Source of the DNA: a virus
Strand: one strand, 5' to 3'
IMG/VR virus record: IMGVR_UViG_3300045988_140928
Coordinates: 64,001-128,000 of that record
DNA length: 64,000 nt
Shown: piece after piece, positions 10,701 through 18,467 of the stretch
Layout: the number at the start of each line of letters is the position of its first letter
Position numbering within the stretch: the stretch's first letter is position 1
Translations under genes and position numbers: made by a program
The notes under the pieces: generated by a model
Told to the model about the DNA's origin: nothing
Databases searched by the model: none
The model's input: the letters and a program-made list of their open reading frames with translations, nothing else

Positions 10701-10998
10701 AAACTTCAAGATCAATAGGATGAGTACCATAATTAGAAATAGTAGCAGAATATGCAAACCAATCCCCTACTTTTTCATCATGATAGGTATAATAAGGAGA
10801 ATTAGCAGTGGTTTTACCAAACCAGACGCTATCTACATATAAGGTTTGATATTGATCAGAGGTACCCGAAAGGAGGTTGTGATTTACCCAAGATAATTCA
10901 TTAACATGATCTTTCATCTCAGGAACAGTCATTTTTTCTTTATAACCAGTACGGGAGCGGATATTATCAGCTAAACCAGTCAGCTCATCATTTAGCAT
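7795..10998 (-). CDS. large multi-module tail fibre / host-specificity protein
   Basis: Start placed at ATG 10998 (MLNDELTGLADNIRSRTGYKEKM, 5 nt after the G8 tract acting as SD). Contains 4-5 jelly-roll-like modules, each opening N.LL.gT and closing (K/Q)LE.G..pT.W. The tail after G8 (7862-7869) reads through the next gene's SD. Confidence 0.7.
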   Translation of the reverse strand: MLNDELTGLADNIRSRTGYKEKMTVPEMKDHVNELSWVNHNLLSGTSDQYQTLYVDSVWFGKTTANSPYYTYHDEKVGDWFAYSATISNYGTHPIDLEVWNCRGTTPIQGTSDAGYPINGHSVVVNPGECNKDVTVYIQRSGTADTLRCYLIAQDGKAVSGEQVQVKNERLYKGRQPGVWTPNSVDSTTSNGTFTASVLDRSLSIFSYRDLDGARGTNNSYRQSHLINYNISAQAYRFNFSSTGDHNLQVYPSADRLKNIPAGEKVKQEVIITTDASQIKKAGFDFFYNGQSHVYQATVEQIALNTYRLTACWEAEETVNLYMYNLYHLDLKSASFLDVGVCHSWIYTGQSIGWELSPVMNLLYDTDNMTDDSVWTKIGTVTGSSIKVQGSNNKIGSYYFTDTGTGRAQPVYLQNGVDYTISAYVQTDNDAKVALLLDNTTPYMPDPIGGSIERAVIKYDFTTDPYFDIKGNPNMDHFRRIGYHFNVSKDGYVTPRVELNSLNNGSQSTTIRYGGLQLSTNQDVPPYYTSQAGEKLCDMTGVNMLHNTQTLKDWTLDGGGDTNHSGVSIINGKEHNSIRLTGAWQEAYQDTDLLLRGTRYTYSYNLTTPVRMNWYLRNASGGSFLPNVVRADGEILNNGDTSMLDISVSDTLVDTADSNIPFTFGYGTPSTEWKDNTNSAYLSLPTTYNNGELVTQDTNTSKVMYALLSADKSYTQTIWVETDCNVDLDSSMNITWFTLGDGHDTQPATIIKLDAVHYKIISTYKLNNKKDYKVRLFDMSGYDQVFKIFNSGTYFKITRCKIQSGTRSTDETPLESAKRKSITLRNNSNKGMNSVRLFGTQINNDYVPTVSYIYLPKLEIGHKPTFWTEGGRRLGRNVLNHVSPSSTDVFVVTKNEDFTDTRWVVASGGNGTGSVSFDTGNSSLGVGNYFRMRGNIQGNRDFSQRPVNYQKGTYQASIYARLPQDYTGNGGTIFLRGWSMSTNTQSWYQWFTLKSKDWTKFTYTFKTDSFYNDKTVSFAFGLNGKLDADFASPSLIQLDDITLGGGINSLVLYCLLMLSFLYNNVRR
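7862..7869 (-). repeat. G8 homopolymer at the C-terminal module boundary of the large fibre gene
   Basis: C8 counted on the + strand. With G7 the ORF would end ..DDITLGGV*. As written, 22 extra codons run across the downstream SD. Confidence 0.85.
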
Positions 10999-11545
10999 AA
11001 GATCCCCCCCCTTCTTCGACTGTTCCACAATAAGGAGTCATTTCAGATCCACGCTCTAATTTAGGGCCATATTGACCAATTAAAAGATTACTATATTCTG
11101 AGGTATCACACTGAAAATCAATTTCAAAACGAGGTTTAATATAACCATCATTGAGAGCTTTAAACGTATAAGAAAACCGTTGCCAATTCTTAGTGACTTG
11201 AATTTGCTTGGCATTAGACCCACTTGCATCTTGAATATGTGCTAGTTTATGAGTAACATCAAATCCAAACTCATTATCAGAATTAAGTTCAATATAAAAT
11301 CTGGATAGGGGTAAACTATCGGGTCCTGAATATTCTTTAAGGTAAATACTAAAAGTATAAGTTTCCCCAGCACTAACTTTAGCATACTGAGAATTACCAT
11401 TCCATCTTTGAACTGGGGTAGTTATCAGAACATTAAAGTCTGGAAGATCTGGATCTTGGTAAAGATATTCACCACCTACAAATAAACCTAACCAATCTCC
11501 CGTAAAATATCTAGTACCAGTCAATAAATTAGGATTAATATTCAA
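10988..11545 (-). CDS. single-module fibre protein (CBM/jelly-roll-like)
   Basis: TTG start after a GGAAAGTGGTGAG SD. MNINPNLLTGT.. opening and ..GPKLERGSEMTPYCGTVEEGGGSYAK ending match the module grammar of 7795-10998. Confidence 0.65.
   Translation of the reverse strand: MNINPNLLTGTRYFTGDWLGLFVGGEYLYQDPDLPDFNVLITTPVQRWNGNSQYAKVSAGETYTFSIYLKEYSGPDSLPLSRFYIELNSDNEFGFDVTHKLAHIQDASGSNAKQIQVTKNWQRFSYTFKALNDGYIKPRFEIDFQCDTSEYSNLLIGQYGPKLERGSEMTPYCGTVEEGGGSYAK
11004..11011 (-). repeat. G8 homopolymer at the junction of 10988-11545 and 7795-10998
   Basis: C8 counted on the + strand. Removing one G fuses the 185-aa ORF in frame to the 1077-aa ORF. Confidence 0.85.
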
Positions 11546-11552
11546 ACACTAC

Positions 11553-13568
11553 TCACCACTTTCCGTTTAAGATTGCGTCATTTACATACGATTTAATTTC
11601 ATTTTTATCTGCGTCAGTCCAATAATCAGTACCACGTACGGGTGTTCTACCTTGCATATTACCAATAACAGCACCTATATCAAAGGTACCACCGCCTGTA
11701 GTAGCACTATTGTCAACTTTAATTCCAGTTACCTGCGTAATCATACCGTTAGTTTGGATAACTAAGTCACCAACCTGTGGACCAAATCCTATCTTAGTAT
11801 TATAAAGATCAGACCAGTATTGACCACCTAAATTACCACCTCTGGCATACTTACTAAACCAGATACTTAAACCACGATCACCTTTTGATCCCTGAGCACC
11901 AGTAGCCCCAGTTTCACCTTTAGGACCAGCAGGACCAATTGGGCCTTGGCTACCTGTAGCACCAGTATCACCTTTATCCCCCTTAACACCTTGGGGACCT
12001 TGAGATCCAGTATCACCTTTTTCACCTTTAGGTCCTTGAGCACCAGTTGCTCCAGTTTCACCTTTATCTCCTTTAGGCCCCTGAATACCTTGAATACCAT
12101 GCAAGTCAGCGAGTAGTTCACCAATTCCATAGGTCTTAGGAGAAGCATTATTATTAATCCCAGTAATTTGATAAACTTTTCCTGATGGCATAATAACATG
12201 TTCCCCAACACGTGGAGGATTAGCAGTTGGGTGTAGATCACTCCAAAACATCGTATTTTGGTTAGGGCTTGCTTCATATGTAGAATAATAAAAATTATAA
12301 CCTAGATCTCCTCTTTCACCTTGAGGTCCTTGGTCTCCTTTATCTCCCTTTGGTCCTTGGGGTCCGGTTAAACCCTGTTTACCTTGAATACCCTGAATAC
12401 CTTGTATACCTTGTGGTCCTTGAATACCTTGTGCACCAGATAAGTCAGAAATGTAAACAAACTTACTGCCATCCCAAACATAGAGTTTAGAATTATCAGG
12501 ATCATTAACATTGCTTGCAATCATTGTAAAGTCACCGTCAGTAAATCCAGCGCCTTTACTTGCATTCATTGCAGATACAGAGTCAAAAGTCTTCTTAATA
12601 TTAAAGTTCTTACCAGCAGGACCTACAGGACCTTGTGGACCAGTAGCCCCAGTATTACCTTGAATACCTTGGGGACCTTGTAAACCAGTAGCACCACGTT
12701 CACCACGAGGACCAGCCACACCAGCTAAATTAGCTAAATAAGGACCATAATTAAAAGTACCCCCACCAGCTTCGGGGACACCACCGTAGCTAACACCAGT
12801 TACTTGAACTAAATGACCACTACTTAAAACCACTAAGTCACTAACCTGTGGTCCACGGTCAGGAGCAGATCCCTTTAAGTCAGTCCAATAAGAACCACGA
12901 TAGTTTTCACCATAATCGTGAATATCAAACCAGATGTTATAACCTCGATCACCTTTTGGTCCAGTTGGTCCAACTAAAGTCTTTTCATAATCTTTAAAAC
13001 TACCAGTAAAACCAGCGTCACGTGCTAATTCATATAAAGACTTACCAGTTTCACCTTTAGGAATATCGAAGTGCAAAACATCGTATTGATCTAAATAAAC
13101 GTTAGCATTTTTATTAGAGTCAATAGTCGATACTTTAATATCTTTAATATCAATATCATGAACATGTAAAACTCGTCGTTCAATAATCTTGCTAGTATCA
13201 GGAGGAGTAATATTAGTAGCTTCAGGAGTAAAGATACTCTTAAAAACCAGTCTATTATTACTATAAGCCAAAGTAATATACTTTGCTGTATTGCTAGGAT
13301 AATACTCCATATGGTCTGAATAACGCATACTAAGGTAAAAAGCATATGTTCCTAGCCCTAATGAAGATAACTGGCTTAGCTTAAAGTAAACACCATCATC
13401 ATTAGCATTTACTGGAATAGTTAAACGACTATTACCACTAAGATCATAGAAGTGCATATTTAATTCCACATTAAAGAATTGAAGACTCTTTTGCGAATTA
13501 GTAGGCACTAAATAAATTGTTGTATCATTGTCACTAGGAATGCTTGAAATAAAGCTTAATTTATTCAT
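11553..13568 (-). CDS. collagen-like tail fibre with BppU-like N-terminus (three collagen blocks alternating with about 70-aa beta knobs)
   Basis: Start trimmed to [12 protein letters not shown] runs ([45 protein letters not shown]...). The knob is repeated three times: [12 protein letters not shown]../[12 protein letters not shown]../[12 protein letters not shown]... Confidence 0.75.
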   Translation of the reverse strand: MNKLSFISSIPSDNDTTIYLVPTNSQKSLQFFNVELNMHFYDLSGNSRLTIPVNANDDGVYFKLSQLSSLGLGTYAFYLSMRYSDHMEYYPSNTAKYITLAYSNNRLVFKSIFTPEATNITPPDTSKIIERRVLHVHDIDIKDIKVSTIDSNKNANVYLDQYDVLHFDIPKGETGKSLYELARDAGFTGSFKDYEKTLVGPTGPKGDRGYNIWFDIHDYGENYRGSYWTDLKGSAPDRGPQVSDLVVLSSGHLVQVTGVSYGGVPEAGGGTFNYGPYLANLAGVAGPRGERGATGLQGPQGIQGNTGATGPQGPVGPAGKNFNIKKTFDSVSAMNASKGAGFTDGDFTMIASNVNDPDNSKLYVWDGSKFVYISDLSGAQGIQGPQGIQGIQGIQGKQGLTGPQGPKGDKGDQGPQGERGDLGYNFYYSTYEASPNQNTMFWSDLHPTANPPRVGEHVIMPSGKVYQITGINNNASPKTYGIGELLADLHGIQGIQGPKGDKGETGATGAQGPKGEKGDTGSQGPQGVKGDKGDTGATGSQGPIGPAGPKGETGATGAQGSKGDRGLSIWFSKYARGGNLGGQYWSDLYNTKIGFGPQVGDLVIQTNGMITQVTGIKVDNSATTGGGTFDIGAVIGNMQGRTPVRGTDYWTDADKNEIKSYVNDAILNGKW

Positions 13569-13762
13569 TAGACCTTTGCATTCCCCTTTCATATCACATA
13601 GTTTCGCTATATGTAATATAGGGGATTTAGACACAAACAAAATAAAAACCTTTCCTGAATTATAACAAGAAAGGCTGTAAACAAGATTATAAGTATAGTG
13701 ACAATTAATATCCCATATTCAACTTAATTAAAGTATAACATAATTAACTAAATTATCAATAA

Positions 13763-15085
13763 TTATTTTTTAGGGACACCAAGAATAAATCCATAATATC
13801 TTAATGACGAAACATTAACTACCCCGTCTGCCCCTACATTTAATTTTTGAGGTTCTAAATTACTTAAATCAAAATAATACCAATCATGATTAGTTACTCC
13901 TAGTTTAAGCGTTACCTTAATATCTTGAGCTGGAGTAACACTACAATTAGCATTCGTATCTCGCCATTCGGTATTAGTGGTTCTGAGGTTAATTAAACTT
14001 AAACCTAAATAATCACTCTTATTACCACGACTAATCCCACAAACTTTACCAGATTGCAAGCTATCTACACTACCGCCATCAATAGTAGCTAAACCATCTA
14101 CCTGATAACCTAAACCTATGATTTCTTTAAAAGCAACAAAGAAATCATACATCATTGGTAAATAGCTATCTTTAAGCATTGAAGGAAGATTAAGATTACT
14201 ATTAGGGAAATACTCATTACAGAGCATATGCTCACCCATTTCTAGGTGCGTAGCACCACTAGCCATAATTACTAAGTCAGCCAGAATGATTCCGTCTGCA
14301 TTAAAATATTTACCAGCATTATTTTTAGCAAAGTCATAGTCCATATAACCAGCTATAATAACACCTTTCTTTTTCTTATTACTATCAAAAGATTCTGTTA
14401 ATCCTCGAACTAGTCTAAGCATATCGTCATAAGTCTTACGATTATCCCAGACCTCCGTGTAAAAGTATTTTAAAGAAGTAACTGGTTTCATATCATTAAT
14501 TCCATATTCACCAACAGAATTAACTCCAATATCCCAGCCCATGTTACCGGCTTTATTTAAGAAATAATGAATCCCACTAGCTAATAAAGAGCTAGATAAT
14601 TCATTACCATTATTATCATACTTATTACCGGGATCACCAAACATATCAATGTGCCAGCCGTCAAAAGGCATATTATCCTTAACTATCTTCATTTGATTAA
14701 CAATATAATCTTGCCAAGGACCATTCATCCAATTCATATTATAAAGATTATATTTACCCCAGCCTTTAGACTTATCTAATGTTTTATAAACATGATCTAA
14801 ATTCTTAGAATTATCGTCAAACAAAAACATTTCCGCAGAAAGACCGTGTACTAATTGGTTAGTATCTGAACCATTCATTGCCATATAAGCTAAAGGCTTC
14901 ATACCATAATCTTTAGCTAAATTACAATAATCATCAATAACTTTCTTTCTAGTCAAACGATTACCAATATCAGTCCAAGTATTTGAAACTTGCAAGCTAT
15001 CACCAACAGAAGAAACTGGTAGTGGCAATGAATGCAGGTCAAACCAATCGTAAAACTGTACTAAATTAATATGCAGACGCTTCAA
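13763..15085 (-). CDS. GH66-like (dextranase-family) TIM-barrel glycoside hydrolase domain; C-terminal part of a split fibre gene
   Basis: INLVQFYDWF and DGWHIDMFGDPG resemble the conserved GH66 blocks. No SD before the TTG listed as its start. The frame is open back into the A10 tract. Confidence 0.55.
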   Translation of the reverse strand: MKRLHINLVQFYDWFDLHSLPLPVSSVGDSLQVSNTWTDIGNRLTRKKVIDDYCNLAKDYGMKPLAYMAMNGSDTNQLVHGLSAEMFLFDDNSKNLDHVYKTLDKSKGWGKYNLYNMNWMNGPWQDYIVNQMKIVKDNMPFDGWHIDMFGDPGNKYDNNGNELSSSLLASGIHYFLNKAGNMGWDIGVNSVGEYGINDMKPVTSLKYFYTEVWDNRKTYDDMLRLVRGLTESFDSNKKKKGVIIAGYMDYDFAKNNAGKYFNADGIILADLVIMASGATHLEMGEHMLCNEYFPNSNLNLPSMLKDSYLPMMYDFFVAFKEIIGLGYQVDGLATIDGGSVDSLQSGKVCGISRGNKSDYLGLSLINLRTTNTEWRDTNANCSVTPAQDIKVTLKLGVTNHDWYYFDLSNLEPQKLNVGADGVVNVSSLRYYGFILGVPKK

Positions 15086-15698
15086 ATAGTCTAAGTTTTT
15101 TTTTTCTTTCTACCGAAGAGTCATTATCATATTTAGAAAGAAACCCCATAATAGGAAAATTATAAACATCATTACTTACGTTAATTGCAATCGTCTTTGT
15201 TGCTACATTATTACCAACATGATTTTCAATTACGACAGCATAACCAATATTATCGTCAGCAGGTAAAAACCATGACCAACTAATCTCAGAAGTTCCATAA
15301 TAAATTTCCTTAGTAGCAACTAAATTATTCAAATGATAATACTTAACTACTAAGTGACCATGACCAGAAACACTAGTAGCATGAAAAACTACTTTTTCAG
15401 ACGGATAATAAACAGCCTTATCAGTATTAAGATCTAACAAAGTAGCTGAGTCATCTTGATCCTTCATACCTACTGAATATTGAGTAATAGTGTTACCTAT
15501 CTTCCAATGACCATTACTATCAATCTGTGGAGTAAGCCCGTCATTACCCTTAGGTCCAGTATCACCCTTGTCCCCTTTAGGACCTTGAGGACCAGCAGAT
15601 CCGGTCTTTCCTACAGGTCCCTGAGGTCCGGTAGCACCAGTCTTTCCCACAGGCCCTTGAGGTAAAGATCCTAAATCTATATCAGTCTGTAAACTCAC
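15066..15698 (-). CDS. collagen-like stalk plus GH66 N-terminal beta-sandwich; N-terminal part of a split depolymerase fibre
   Basis: [33 protein letters not shown]..., then ..AINVSNDVYNFPIMGFLSKYD, which resembles the FPRYG block that precedes the GH66 barrel. Ends just after A10. Confidence 0.7.
   Translation of the reverse strand: MSLQTDIDLGSLPQGPVGKTGATGPQGPVGKTGSAGPQGPKGDKGDTGPKGNDGLTPQIDSNGHWKIGNTITQYSVGMKDQDDSATLLDLNTDKAVYYPSEKVVFHATSVSGHGHLVVKYYHLNNLVATKEIYYGTSEISWSWFLPADDNIGYAVVIENHVGNNVATKTIAINVSNDVYNFPIMGFLSKYDNDSSVERKKKLRLFEASAY
15096..15105 (-). repeat. A10 tract (T10 on + strand) at the junction of the two halves of the GH66 fibre gene
   Basis: Counted directly. The two frames differ by +1, and A9 gives ..SSVERKKKNLDYLKRLHINLVQFYDW. 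Confidence 0.9.
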
Positions 15699-15715
15699 CT
15701 ATAAACATCTCCTCA

Positions 15716-16471
15716 CTAATTCTGATAGTCCGTAACTAATTTCATATGTAAATGACCATCACTAGAAACGTAAGGAACATACACAGGTCCAGCAGAACCT
15801 CTATCACCCTTAGGACCTTGACTACCTACGTCTCCTTTATCTCCCTTGGGTCCTTGTATTCCTTGCGGTCCTCTATCTCCTGTATTACCTTTAGCACCCG
15901 TAGCACCAGTATCACCTTTAGGACCAGCAGGTCCCATTGGTCCAGTAGGTCCTTCAATTCCCTGCGGGCCACGTTCACCTTGAGGACCTTGAATACCGGG
16001 TTGGCCTTTCATAGCAATAACAAAATCAAGCTCAGAACCTTTATTACCATTGTCTAACCAAGATTGATAAGCTGATTTACCTGCTGAACCTTGTTCACCT
16101 TTATCTCCTTTAGGTCCTTGTGGACCAACTGGACCTTGACTACCCGTAGCACCAGTTTTACCAGCGGGTCCTTGAGGTCCTGTATCTCCTTTAGGTCCCT
16201 GAACACCTTTAAAACTTTCTACAAACTGAGCCTCTGTTCCTTTATTCCCTACGTTTAGCCAAGATTGATAGACTGAATATCCATTATCACCCTTGTCTCC
16301 TTTGGGTCCTTGATCTCCCTTAGGACCTTGAAAGCCACGTGGACCCATAGGACCAGTACTACCAGTATCACCTTTTGGACCAGCAGGACCTTGTGGACCT
16401 GTCTTACCTTGGGGACCCATTGGACCTACAGGACCTTGAGCTTTAACTTTTAAGTCAATATCTTTTTCCAT
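15716..16471 (-). CDS. collagen-like fibre protein
   Basis: MEKDIDLKVKAQGPVGPMGPQGKTG... Long G-X-Y blocks are separated by SVYQSWLNVGNKGTEAQFVESFKG / SAYQSWLDNGNKGSELDFVIAMKG repeats. Confidence 0.75.
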   Translation of the reverse strand: MEKDIDLKVKAQGPVGPMGPQGKTGPQGPAGPKGDTGSTGPMGPRGFQGPKGDQGPKGDKGDNGYSVYQSWLNVGNKGTEAQFVESFKGVQGPKGDTGPQGPAGKTGATGSQGPVGPQGPKGDKGEQGSAGKSAYQSWLDNGNKGSELDFVIAMKGQPGIQGPQGERGPQGIEGPTGPMGPAGPKGDTGATGAKGNTGDRGPQGIQGPKGDKGDVGSQGPKGDRGSAGPVYVPYVSSDGHLHMKLVTDYQN

Positions 16472-17109
16472 TAACTTAACTCACCTTGATCCGTTTCTTT
16501 AACGTGCCAATTACCGTCTGAACCAATGTAAGGAATATAACTAGTTCCGTCTCTACCATTAGTACCATCTAATCCTCTAGCACCTACAGGTCCCTGTGGT
16601 CCTTCATCACCTCTAGGACCAACTGGACCCTGTTTACCTTTAGGAATACCTATAATCAAGGTATTATTAATAATTCTGGAGTAGGCTTGCTTGTCCTCAT
16701 CTAAAGTAACTACTTGTACAGAATTAAAGGGCATATTACTATTACCTGTATCTAAATTCTTAAAATAATCAGCCGGAATATCTTTTAAAATAGATAGCTT
16801 TGCGTCTGTAGTCAAAATCAAATAAAGCACTTCCTGCCCCGGAAAATAATTACGCTCTGTACGAGTTCTAATCTCTAAATAAAGCCCATAAACTTTACCC
16901 GCAGACAAGCCAATCAAATTAATAGGATCAAAATAAACACCGTTACTGTCATAATTACCCGCAATAGTAGTAATCTTATTTCCCTCTAAGTCTATAAGAT
17001 GAAAAGTTAAAAAAGCATTATCATAACTTACTACTCCCGTAGAGTCTACAGGCAGAAAATAAACCTTAGAACGATCACTAATAGAGTCTAAAGTGTTTAA
17101 ATAGTTCAA
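16471..17109 (-). CDS. BppU-like N-terminal domain protein with a short collagen tail
   Basis: TTG start after an AGAGGTGA SD. The N-terminus is similar to those of 11553-13568 and 18468-20114. Ends GPVGPRGDEGPQGPVGARGLDG..YIPYIGSDGNWHV. Confidence 0.7.
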   Translation of the reverse strand: MNYLNTLDSISDRSKVYFLPVDSTGVVSYDNAFLTFHLIDLEGNKITTIAGNYDSNGVYFDPINLIGLSAGKVYGLYLEIRTRTERNYFPGQEVLYLILTTDAKLSILKDIPADYFKNLDTGNSNMPFNSVQVVTLDEDKQAYSRIINNTLIIGIPKGKQGPVGPRGDEGPQGPVGARGLDGTNGRDGTSYIPYIGSDGNWHVKETDQGELS

Positions 17110-17127
17110 TTACAATCACCTCTTTAA

Positions 17128-18234
17128 TTAAATACCAATATTTTTATTTGACTTATTACCGCCATCTTGAAATGCAGAACCCTCTGTAGTATAAACTACC
17201 CAATTATTGTTAGCTTCACCATTAATAATGACTTTACCATTCGTATTAGGAATGGTAATCACATTACTAGCTACTCGATTATAGTCTCCTTTTCTAATCA
17301 ATAAACCAGTAGTATCAGTGGGAGTATTATTAGCTAAAATATTATTACCAGTAATTGCATTATTAAAAGCTTGCAAGTGAACTATTCCCCACATTTTATC
17401 TTTACCGTCTGGATTATCTTTATATGACTCTAAAGCAATTACATTACCTGAAATAACATTACCATTTCCATAAGCTCCACTATCATTAGGTAAAAACTCA
17501 ATAATTCCATTATAGTAAGCCGAAATCGTATTACCTACGATAGAACCATGTACAGGATTTAATATCCTAATAGCAGAAGCACCGTCTGGGTAAATATTGT
17601 TTCCAGTGATATTAAACCTATCTGGATTTTCCATGTATATAGTTGTCCCGTTAGGTTGTGCACCTAGCGAATTGTTCTTAATTTCTGCTTGTTGACTTGC
17701 TCCAGTTAAAAGAATAGCCGATTGAGTTTCAGCAATCCATGAATTACTGATTTTAGGGGCGTCCGCACCATTAAGACGTACACCAATACCAACATTATTA
17801 ATAGTCATATTATCAATAACCGTACGATCAGTATTACTTATCCCATCAATTCCAACTCCCGCATTCGTGTCACCACGAAGATCAAACCCGCTGAAAGTAA
17901 TACCTGAAAGCCTATTACTGTTATGGGTATTTTCTAGTTTAAAAGCAGTAGTTGGATTTTGAACAGTAACTTTTGCCCCACCGCCTCCAGTCTGAGTAGA
18001 ACCGTCTGTAGCATCAATTCCGCTACGAAGTCCATTGTTAAAACCCATTATATGAACATAAGAACGATCAATAGTAACAGTAGATTTTAAAAAATAGTTA
18101 CCATTAGGAATAAAAACTGTCCCACCAACAGATGGTAAGGCTTGAATTGCTTTGTTGAAAGCAGGGGCACTATCAAAATTTACATTTTCAGGCTGAGCGC
18201 CAAAGTCTAAAACATTGACAAACATCGAACTCAT
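17128..18234 (-). CDS. right-handed beta-helix (pectate-lyase superfamily) depolymerase domain; C-terminal part of a split fibre gene
   Basis: VNVLDFGAQ...GGTVFIPNGNYFL plus repeated N..I.GN turns. No SD before its ATG. The frame is open upstream into the A10 tract. Confidence 0.7.
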   Translation of the reverse strand: MSSMFVNVLDFGAQPENVNFDSAPAFNKAIQALPSVGGTVFIPNGNYFLKSTVTIDRSYVHIMGFNNGLRSGIDATDGSTQTGGGGAKVTVQNPTTAFKLENTHNSNRLSGITFSGFDLRGDTNAGVGIDGISNTDRTVIDNMTINNVGIGVRLNGADAPKISNSWIAETQSAILLTGASQQAEIKNNSLGAQPNGTTIYMENPDRFNITGNNIYPDGASAIRILNPVHGSIVGNTISAYYNGIIEFLPNDSGAYGNGNVISGNVIALESYKDNPDGKDKMWGIVHLQAFNNAITGNNILANNTPTDTTGLLIRKGDYNRVASNVITIPNTNGKVIINGEANNNWVVYTTEGSAFQDGGNKSNKNIGI

Positions 18235-18265
18235 CTTAGACGTTATCTTAGCTATATCCTCAGTA

Positions 18266-18391
18266 TTAGTTCCTATATTTTTTTTTTATAACAGATACAT
18301 CAGGAACTTGTCCCGGATCTCCCTTATCTCCTTTATCACCCTTGGGTCCCTTTGGCAATAGCCCTAAATCTATATCCTTTAATAAATCCAT
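18266..18391 (-). CDS. collagen-like N-terminal stub of the beta-helix fibre
   Basis: Not in the ORF track (41 aa). GAAAGG SD, then [41 protein letters not shown]. The DIDLG.LP.GP opening is the same as 15698 and 16471. Confidence 0.6.
   Translation of the reverse strand: MDLLKDIDLGLLPKGPKGDKGDKGDPGQVPDVSVIKKKYRN
18278..18287 (-). repeat. A10 tract (T10 on + strand) separating the collagen stub from the beta-helix domain
   Basis: Counted directly. A9 gives ..VSVIKKKNIGTNTEDIAKITSKMSSMFVNVLDFG. Confidence 0.9.
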
Positions 18392-18467
18392 TGTCAATTA
18401 ACCTTTCATTCTATCCTTTTCTTGGTTTAATATAAAAAAGCCTAGCAATTAAGCTAGACTCTTTTTA

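Noticed and set aside
3942-10842. Listed ORFs 3942-4124, 4616-4828, 5932-6150, 8911-9093 and 10471-10842.
   Set aside because: They lie inside or antisense to well-supported genes. They have no SD and give hydrophobic or low-complexity translations typical of AT-rich antisense frames.
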